Assembly (NCBI GenBank): GCA_949425575.1
Contig: CASPVX010000004.1
Coordinates: 1 to 44,427 of the forward strand
Reading direction: 5' to 3'
Origin: an uncultured Bacilli bacterium
GTDB taxonomy: Bacteria; Bacillota_I; Bacilli_A; RF39; UBA660
Length of the DNA: 44,427 nt
The notes beneath the pieces were generated by a model that saw only the letters and a program-made list of their open reading frames with translations, made no database searches and was not told where the DNA came from. The translations under genes and the position numbers were made by a program. This document shows, in pieces, positions 37,695-44,427 of this stretch (position 1 is its first letter; every line of letters begins with the position of its first letter).

Positions 37695-39206
37695 CTATAA
37701 ACTAAAGATTTTTTTGTATTCATTAATACTTTCTTTAATTTCATCTTCAATTTCTTTTGTTAAATCTTTTTTAGTTTTAATTTCGTTTAATAGTTTTGGA
37801 TGTTTTTCTTCTATATGATCGATTAATCCTTTATTAAACTCTTTAACTTTACTATTTTCAATATCAGCTAAATAACCATTAACAGCTGCATAAAGCATAA
37901 CTACTTGTTTCTCAACTGGAATAGTTTGATATTGTGGTTGTTTTATTAATTCTAAAATTCTTTCACCTTGAATTAATTTATCTTGTGTAGATTTATCTAA
38001 ATCTGAACCAAACTGTGCAAATGAAGCAAGTTCACGATATTGTGCCAAATCAATTCTTATTCTTCCTGAAAGTTTTTTCATTGCTTTAATTTGAGCAGCA
38101 CCACCAACACGTGATACTGAAAGTCCAGCATTTACAGCAGGTCTTTGACCTCCGAAGAAAAGTTCACTTTCAAGATAAATTTGTCCATCTGTTATTGAGA
38201 TAACATTTGTTGGAACATAAGCAGAAACATCGCCTGCTAAAGTTTCAATTATAGGTAAAGCTGTAATTGATCCTCCACCATGTTCATCATCTAATTTAGC
38301 AGCTCTTTCAAGTAATCTTGAATGTAAATAGAATACATCTCCTGGATATGCTTCACGACCAGGTGAACGACGTAATAATAAACTCATTGCTCTATAACTT
38401 TGAGCGTGTTTTGATAAATCATCATAAACGATTAAAACATCTTTACCTTGTTCATACATAAAATATTCAGCAATAGCACTTCCTGCATAAGGTGCTAGGA
38501 ATTGAATTGGTGCTGAATCACTTGCTGTTGATGAAACAACAATTGTATAATCCATTGCTCCATGTTTTTTTAATGTATCTACTACACCTGCAACTGATGA
38601 AGATTTTTGACCGATTGCTACATAAATACAAATTACATCTTGTCCTTTTTGGTTAATAATTGTATCTATTGCAATAGCACTTTTTCCTGTTTGTCTATCT
38701 CCAATTATTAATTCTCTTTGTCCTCTTCCTATTGGTATCATAGAATCGATTGCTAAAATACCTGTTTGAAGTGGTGTATCAACTGATTTTCTAATCATTA
38801 CACTTGGCGCTAAAAATTCAACATCTCTATATTTATCTACTTTATATGGCTCTTTTCCATCAAGAACTTCTCCTAATGGATTTACAACTCTACCAATAAT
38901 ATCATCACTAACACCTATACTTACTGGTTTTCCTGTTCTTTTAGCAATAGTGCCTTCTTTTACTTCTGTTTCCCCACCAAATAAAACGCATCCTACATTT
39001 TCTTCTTCAAGGTTCATAGCCATTCCATAAACACCATTACCAAAATCAATAAGTTCATTTGCCATACAGTTTTTAAGTCCAAAAATTTTAACAACGCCAT
39101 CGCCTGATTCAATAACGTGACCAACTTCATCGATTTTCATTTTTGAATCATAGCCATCTATTTTTTTTCTAATAATGTCACTAATTTCTTCTGGTTTTAT
39201 TAACAC
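37695..39206 (-). CDS. atpA: ATP synthase alpha
   Basis: [34 protein letters not shown]. Confidence 0.99.
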   Translation of the reverse strand: MLIKPEEISDIIRKKIDGYDSKMKIDEVGHVIESGDGVVKIFGLKNCMANELIDFGNGVYGMAMNLEEENVGCVLFGGETEVKEGTIAKRTGKPVSIGVSDDIIGRVVNPLGEVLDGKEPYKVDKYRDVEFLAPSVMIRKSVDTPLQTGILAIDSMIPIGRGQRELIIGDRQTGKSAIAIDTIINQKGQDVICIYVAIGQKSSSVAGVVDTLKKHGAMDYTIVVSSTASDSAPIQFLAPYAGSAIAEYFMYEQGKDVLIVYDDLSKHAQSYRAMSLLLRRSPGREAYPGDVFYLHSRLLERAAKLDDEHGGGSITALPIIETLAGDVSAYVPTNVISITDGQIYLESELFFGGQRPAVNAGLSVSRVGGAAQIKAMKKLSGRIRIDLAQYRELASFAQFGSDLDKSTQDKLIQGERILELIKQPQYQTIPVEKQVVMLYAAVNGYLADIENSKVKEFNKGLIDHIEEKHPKLLNEIKTKKDLTKEIEDEIKESINEYKKIFSL

Positions 39207-39220
39207 TTTGATTTCCTCCT

Positions 39221-39730
39221 TTATAGCATTTCATCTAATTTTGTTTTAATTGTATCATCATATATTTTGCCACCAGCAATAATCTTAATACCGCCAATTA
39301 AAGATTTATCAATCTTAATTTTATAAGCGATATCTTTAGCTTTATACATTTTTTTAAACTTTTCAGTTATTCCTTGTAATTCTTTTTCTGAAAGCTCACA
39401 TGAAGCAATTATATCGATATTTATCTTTTTATTTTGTTCATCTAACATATTTTGATATTTTTGATAAATATCATTAATTAAATTAAAGCGTTTTTCTTTT
39501 AAAACTAAACTTATAAAATTGATAAATTTATCATTTTTTTTATTAGAGATAACTTCCTTAATAATATCAACTTTAACTTCATCAGCTACTCTTGGATTAT
39601 TAAATGTCTCTTTAAATTCTGAATTTGTTTTATAAAGTTTAGCAACGTTTTCTAAACACTTACAAACTTCATCTTTATTATCTACTGAATTTATAAGAGC
39701 ATCTGCATATCTTGTACTTACTGCAGCCAT
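39221..39730 (-). CDS. atpH: ATP synthase delta
   Basis: RYADAL, NP, D.SLIGG...I...G..YD.TI; ATG 39730 follows GAGGTG. Confidence 0.92.
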   Translation of the reverse strand: MAAVSTRYADALINSVDNKDEVCKCLENVAKLYKTNSEFKETFNNPRVADEVKVDIIKEVISNKKNDKFINFISLVLKEKRFNLINDIYQKYQNMLDEQNKKINIDIIASCELSEKELQGITEKFKKMYKAKDIAYKIKIDKSLIGGIKIIAGGKIYDDTIKTKLDEML

Positions 39731-39744
39731 TAAAATCACCTCTT

Positions 39745-40230
39745 CTATTTTTCATCATTTATAAATTTATCAATAAGTTTTCTATTAGATTTTGTATCTA
39801 AGTTTTCCTCTATTACTTTTTTACTTGCCTCTAATACTAAGTCAGCAATTTCATCTTTAAGACCAGCAATTAATTGTTCTTTTTCGATTTCTAATTCTTG
39901 TCTTGTATTTTCAGTAATTTTTGATGAATCCTCTTTTGCCTTAGCAATAATATTTTCATACTCTTTTTGTGCTTTTTTCTCATAAGAAGCTATAAGAGCA
40001 TTTCCTTCTTCTTTTATTTCTTTCATTCTTTCCTTATGTTCATCTTCCATTTTTGAAGCCATTTCTTTTGCTTCTGCAGCTAAAGCTAATGCTTCTTCAA
40101 TTTTTGTTGTTCGAGCTAACATATATTTACTAACGGGTTTAAACAATATTTTTTTCAAAATGAAATATAGTATTAAAATATTTAATATAGTAAAAAATAG
40201 TGTAGACCAGAATTCTCTATTTATTTCCAT
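39745..40230 (-). CDS. atpF: ATP synthase b
   Basis: TM N..IL..IL...LFKPV..M..R followed by a long charged helix. Confidence 0.92.
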   Translation of the reverse strand: MEINREFWSTLFFTILNILILYFILKKILFKPVSKYMLARTTKIEEALALAAEAKEMASKMEDEHKERMKEIKEEGNALIASYEKKAQKEYENIIAKAKEDSSKITENTRQELEIEKEQLIAGLKDEIADLVLEASKKVIEENLDTKSNRKLIDKFINDEK

Positions 40231-40263
40231 ATCGTAACTCCATTTCTATTTAATTATAACGAT

Positions 40264-40298
40264 TAAAACTTCAAGTTTAAATTAAACTTGAAGTTTTA
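40264..40298. terminator. Near-perfect 35-bp palindrome between atpE and atpF
   Basis: TAAAACTTCAAGTTTAA-A-TTAAACTTGAAGTTTTA. Confidence 0.7.
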
Positions 40299-40304
40299 TT
40301 GGTA

Positions 40305-40526
40305 TTACATTTTACCCATAATCATTATTGCAATAACTAATCCATAGATTGCTGTTGCTTCTGCAAGGGCAGCACCTAATAATAGGATAGTTTGAATTTT
40401 TCCTGAAGCCTCAGGTTGTCTAGCAATTGCCTCTGATGCTTTACCAGTAGCAACACCGATACCAATACCAGCTCCTACACCAGTAAATACAGCGATACCT
40501 GCACCAATTAAACCTAACATTTCCAT
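40305..40526 (-). CDS. atpE: ATP synthase c
   Basis: GxGxGxG, ARQPE loop, AEATAIY. Confidence 0.97.
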   Translation of the reverse strand: MEMLGLIGAGIAVFTGVGAGIGIGVATGKASEAIARQPEASGKIQTILLLGAALAEATAIYGLVIAIMIMGKM

Positions 40527-40550
40527 ACTTTCACCACCTTCAATAATTTT

Positions 40551-41249
40551 CTATTCTTCTTCGTGAACTTCCTCTGATATATATAATACTGTTAGAAGTA
40601 CAAAGACAAATGCTTGTAGCCCACCATCGAATAAGTCAAAATACATACACGCAATACTTGGTATTATTGCTGGTAAGCTAGCAGATAGTAATTCCATTAG
40701 GATATAAGCTCCTAATATATTACCAAAAAGTCGCATACTTAGCGATAATGGTTTTGTGATAAATTCTAATAAATTAAATGGGAATAAGAATGGTAATGGA
40801 GAAAATAATCTCTTAACAAACCCTTTAATTCCTTTAACATATATTCCAGCACCTATAGCTACAACAATAGTCATTACAGCTAAAGCAACAGTTACACCAA
40901 ATGATCTTGTTGGTGGGGCAATAAGCCCATGAGTTAATCCACTCATAAATAATGCACCTAAGGTATTAGAGATAATTAAGAAAAGACCAATTGTACCAAC
41001 ATAAGCGGCAAATTTTTTTCCTTTTTCTCCCATGAAACTTACAGTAAAATTAGTAATACCTTCAACTACTAGCTCTGCAGTATTTTGAAGTCCTGCTGGA
41101 ACTAGTCTCATTTTTCTTGTTGCCAAAAAAGCCCAAGCAATTATAACGCCCATTGCAATCCATGACATTATAACAACATTGGTTACTGGAATATTAAAAT
41201 AAGGTATTTCAAATATTGTACTCACATGATCATTCATACTCTCACCCAT
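40551..41249 (-). CDS. atpB: ATP synthase a
   Basis: P..LQN..E, PPT, KPLSLSMRLFGN, LQAFVF..LT..YI; start may be ATG 41237. Confidence 0.96.
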   Translation of the reverse strand: MGESMNDHVSTIFEIPYFNIPVTNVVIMSWIAMGVIIAWAFLATRKMRLVPAGLQNTAELVVEGITNFTVSFMGEKGKKFAAYVGTIGLFLIISNTLGALFMSGLTHGLIAPPTRSFGVTVALAVMTIVVAIGAGIYVKGIKGFVKRLFSPLPFLFPFNLLEFITKPLSLSMRLFGNILGAYILMELLSASLPAIIPSIACMYFDLFDGGLQAFVFVLLTVLYISEEVHEEE

Positions 41250-41287
41250 TCATAATCTTGTGTTAAAAATTACCACACGCAATATTA

Positions 41288-41317
41288 ATTATATCTCAAA
41301 AAAAAGTTAGTTGTCAA
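41288..41317 (-). promoter_or_regulatory. sigma-A promoter of the atp operon (no atpI)
   Basis: TTGACA-18nt-TATAAT. Confidence 0.72.
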
Positions 41318-41346
41318 TGGAAAAGCCATATTTTATATTAGGAAAT

Positions 41347-41372
41347 AAAAACAGTATAATTGTTTATACTGT
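41347..41372 (-). terminator. Terminator after the tail-collar gene
   Basis: ACAGTATAA-4nt-TTATACTGT followed by a T run on the minus strand. Confidence 0.65.
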
Positions 41373-41374
41373 CT

Positions 41375-43245
41375 TTAATGCTTAACTATATAATTAAGAG
41401 CTATAAAAGAATTTTGAACTGAAATAGATACTGATGGATTTCCAGTAGACCCTGACGCTTTAGCTACTGTAGTAATGTTATGAGGATGAGCTCCTGATGA
41501 GGCTACCTTATAAACTATCCCTTTTCCCCATTCACTATAATTAGAATTTTCAAGTGCCATAGAAAAAGCTCTATTTGCAGTATATACTTCCCACCTATTA
41601 GAAACAGAGTTACTGTTTTTATTGAATGTCCATGTTGCAGCATTAGCATTAACAGAATCTACATTGTGTTGATGAGCTCCTGCCGATGCTGCTGTCCCTG
41701 ATAATTTGGGTACTTTATGTGTATGATTTGGTATATTTGATAATGCTACATTAACCGTATTTGAGCCGCCTACTATTCCATTTACATCAGAAGAGTTATT
41801 CCCATTTATTTGTTTTCCTTGCATATTTGGTAAGTTGAATGTTGTACTTCCATCTCCAGAACCATATGTTGTTCCTATTTTTTCAAACAATTTTGAATAT
41901 GTTTCTCTTGATATTGCTCTTCCATCACAAAGTAAATAACCATCTGGGACACTATTTGATGACCATATTTTTATTGTGCCAGGTGATATACCTGAAGACC
42001 CCTGATTCTTTATTAAATACTTTTCTGTTATATATGGATTTTGTATATTAATGGAACTTCCACTTCCAGCACCACCTGTTGTATTTTCATTTGTTGCTAT
42101 GTTATGAGTATGGGCTCCTGCTGAAGCTACTTTGGTTACTCTACCCTTTCCCCAATCTCGGTACATTCCTGATGTAGTAACATAATTTGCGAAATAACTT
42201 TTTTTGGAAACAGATATAATTAAATTCGATACATTATCACTATTAGAGGCCATCGAAATAGCATAAGCATTCACATTCGCCGAATCTATATTATGCTGAT
42301 GCGCTCCTGCCGATGCGGCTGTTCCTGATAATGATGGAATACTATGTGTATGACTTGGTATATTTGAGTTTGTAAGTGTTACGGTAGTACTTCCTCCAAC
42401 ATTACCAACAGTACCACCTTTTAAAGTTCTATTTAACGTATTTGGTAAATTAAATGTTGTATTTCTATCGCCTACTCCATATGTTGTTCCTATTTCCTCA
42501 AACAATTCTGATGACTCTTCTCTAGAAACACTCTGACCATTTCCTACCAAATAACCTTCTGGGATATTATTTGAACTCCATACTATAATTTTTCCTGTTC
42601 GTGTACTTTTAGTCCCTAAGTTATATGCATTATTTAAATTATTATTTTTTACTTTTATATAATATTTCATTTTTATATATGGGTTTTCAACATTAAATTC
42701 AATTCCACTTCCAGTACTTCCAGATGTATTAGCTACTGTAGTTACACTATGATTGTGGGCACCTGCTGACGCTACTTTATTTACTCTTCCTTGCCCCCAA
42801 TCTCCATACCAGCCTGATGAACTCTTAGCAAAACCCTTTTTATCACTATATTTAGTCCAGATATTAGAAACACTATTACTATTGATTGCTAAAGTAATAG
42901 TTCCTGCATTTGCACTTGCTGAATCAATATTGTGCTGATGGGCTCCTGCGGATGCTGCTGTTCCTGATAACACTGGAATATTATGTGTATGGGCTGGCAT
43001 AGAGGTTAACTTTGAAGTATTACTTCCGCCTGTTGTACCTAGTGGCACTGCATTACTACTTCCTATTACCTTTCTATCAGTTATATTAGGTAAATTAAAT
43101 GTTGTACTTCCATTTCCTGATCCATATGTTGTCCCGATTATTTCAAATAATTCAGAATATTCTTCTCTTGATATCGCCCTTCCATCACATGGCAAATAAT
43201 TTTCTAATTCTTTATTTCCTGCATATATTATTATCTCTCCTAATA
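41375..43245 (-). repeat. Three ~630-bp tandem intragenic repeats
   Basis: 35-bp cores at 41670-41704, 42297-42331 and 42936-42970 (periods 627 and 639 nt) differ only at synonymous positions. Confidence 0.9.
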
Positions 43246-44427
43246 GGCTTTCATCTATTTTAATTACATTATATACATTACTTGTTACATAGTTTACTCC
43301 ATCTGTTACTCTAGCTATTACGCTTCCTTCTGTTATAAAATCTAATGTTTGAATAGTTTTAGCTTCTTCCCATGTACTACCATCAAAACTATACTCTTTT
43401 ACTAAATTATCATTATTATAATTTATTGTTAGTGTTTTACTATCCGCATATTCTAATTTATCTATTTGAAATGTTGGCATTTCTATTTTTATTGTTTTTA
43501 CTACTTCTTCTTTTTCAGTTTGGTTCCCTACTTTATCTGTTACTCTTACTTTTATTTTATATTCTGTATTATGCACTAGTTCATCGAATGTATAATTATT
43601 ATATTTTCCATTATCTATATAATCTTCGTCATTTATAGAATATTCATATTTTTCAATTCCACTTTCATCTATCGCATTTCCTATTACAGTTATACTTTTT
43701 GTTGTTGTACTTGTGTTTATTGTTAACTCTGGAGCCTTATTATCTATTTTTATAACTTCTTTTGTTATTTCTGTAATATTTCCTTCGTTTTCTATCTTCG
43801 CATATATACTAGTATTTTCTTCTACATTTATTTCCTTAGGGTTCGTAGCTTCTATATATTCGTTACTTCCTATTTTATAATAATATTTTGATCCTTCTAT
43901 TTCTGGATATTCTATTGTTACTTTTTTACTTCTTGTCCAATTATTTTCATTTTCTACTTTTATTATACTGTTTGTTATATCTTGTGTTGTAATCCATTTA
44001 CTTTCTGTTACGTAGTTTCCATCTTTATCTTCTACTTTATAATATACTGTATATCGCTTGTTTGGTATTAAACCTGTAAATGTATATGTATTATTTTCTG
44101 AGGCTTCAGTATAGTTCTTATCATCTAAACTATATGAATATCTTAAGCCATTTCCTTTTGCTTTTACTGTCACTTTTATGCTTGTATAATCACTTTCTTC
44201 TATTGTGCTTTCTATCTCTAGTTTATTTGATTCTATTCCATCCTCTGGTTCATTAAATATTTGGTTATCATCTTGGATTATTTCTGTAAATACTTCTATT
44301 TTGCTTGTTATATCTTCATTAATCTTTGTTCCTTCTGGTATACAAACTCTTACTATATATTCTAGTGTTTCCCCTGCTTTTAATATTTGTCCTTTTTCTA
44401 TTCCTCTTGTCTCTACTAATACTTGTT
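41375..44427 (-). CDS. Large protein (5' end outside the window): Fn3/Ig-like stalk + three tandem phage tail-collar/HxH fibre-tip modules
   Basis: frame is open from the window edge (QVLVETRG...SIKVTVKAKG); Fn3-like YTF.GL.PN..Y.V...V.D..GN twice; three collar motifs (YL.CDG.A.SR..Y..LF..IGTTYG.G.GSTTFNLP in modules 1 and 3, diverged in module 2). Confidence 0.9.
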   Translation of the reverse strand, partial: QVLVETRGIEKGQILKAGETLEYIVRVCIPEGTKINEDITSKIEVFTEIIQDDNQIFNEPEDGIESNKLEIESTIEESDYTSIKVTVKAKGNGLRYSYSLDDKNYTEASENNTYTFTGLIPNKRYTVYYKVEDKDGNYVTESKWITTQDITNSIIKVENENNWTRSKKVTIEYPEIEGSKYYYKIGSNEYIEATNPKEINVEENTSIYAKIENEGNITEITKEVIKIDNKAPELTINTSTTTKSITVIGNAIDESGIEKYEYSINDEDYIDNGKYNNYTFDELVHNTEYKIKVRVTDKVGNQTEKEEVVKTIKIEMPTFQIDKLEYADSKTLTINYNNDNLVKEYSFDGSTWEEAKTIQTLDFITEGSVIARVTDGVNYVTSNVYNVIKIDESLLGEIIIYAGNKELENYLPCDGRAISREEYSELFEIIGTTYGSGNGSTTFNLPNITDRKVIGSSNAVPLGTTGGSNTSKLTSMPAHTHNIPVLSGTAASAGAHQHNIDSASANAGTITLAINSNSVSNIWTKYSDKKGFAKSSSGWYGDWGQGRVNKVASAGAHNHSVTTVANTSGSTGSGIEFNVENPYIKMKYYIKVKNNNLNNAYNLGTKSTRTGKIIVWSSNNIPEGYLVGNGQSVSREESSELFEEIGTTYGVGDRNTTFNLPNTLNRTLKGGTVGNVGGSTTVTLTNSNIPSHTHSIPSLSGTAASAGAHQHNIDSANVNAYAISMASNSDNVSNLIISVSKKSYFANYVTTSGMYRDWGKGRVTKVASAGAHTHNIATNENTTGGAGSGSSINIQNPYITEKYLIKNQGSSGISPGTIKIWSSNSVPDGYLLCDGRAISRETYSKLFEKIGTTYGSGDGSTTFNLPNMQGKQINGNNSSDVNGIVGGSNTVNVALSNIPNHTHKVPKLSGTAASAGAHQHNVDSVNANAATWTFNKNSNSVSNRWEVYTANRAFSMALENSNYSEWGKGIVYKVASSGAHPHNITTVAKASGSTGNPSVSISVQNSFIALNYIVKH

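Noticed and set aside
41670-42970. Repeats in the tail-collar gene as a DGR template/variable pair or shufflon sites
   Set aside because: All copies are in-frame direct repeats within one ORF, core differences are synonymous and not adenine-specific, and no reverse transcriptase or invertase is in the window.
41375-44427. Prophage
   Set aside because: Only tail-collar domains are present; no integrase, capsid, terminase, baseplate or lysis genes are visible. The region beyond the window edge cannot be excluded.

Overview
Very AT-rich chromosomal window from a low-GC, genome-reduced but apparently spore-forming Firmicute. The gene content and order are Bacilli-like, and an RF39-type gut lineage is my inference. 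It uses the standard code 11: TGA serves as a stop and prfB is present. Most genes lie on the minus strand. The content is mainly housekeeping and sporulation: rpoE, two class A PBPs, pduL, gerQ, lemA, divIC-yabQ-yabP-spoVG-veg-yabG, ftsEX, frameshifted prfB, yunB, class III RNR, rny, recA (with a LexA box), pgsA, rodZ, RNase P RNA, gpsB, recU-ponA, nth, dnaD, cca, HU, spoIVA and a complete atpBEFHAGDC operon. I found no integrase, transposase, reverse transcriptase or CRISPR array. The main oddities are: (1) a class III ribonucleotide reductase split so that the glycyl-radical loop is on its own 53-aa gene; (2) a large Fn3/Ig-stalk protein ending in exactly three tandem phage tail-collar + HxH needle modules, possibly a single-chain pseudo-trimeric fibre; (3) a mitochondrial-type Tam41 CDP-DAG synthase homologue; (4) an intact pgsA whose catalytic motif is degenerate; (5) an in-frame deletion of about 8 residues in ATP synthase gamma. 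There are also several smaller regulatory and small-ORF observations. All family calls come from motif recognition by eye; no searches were run.
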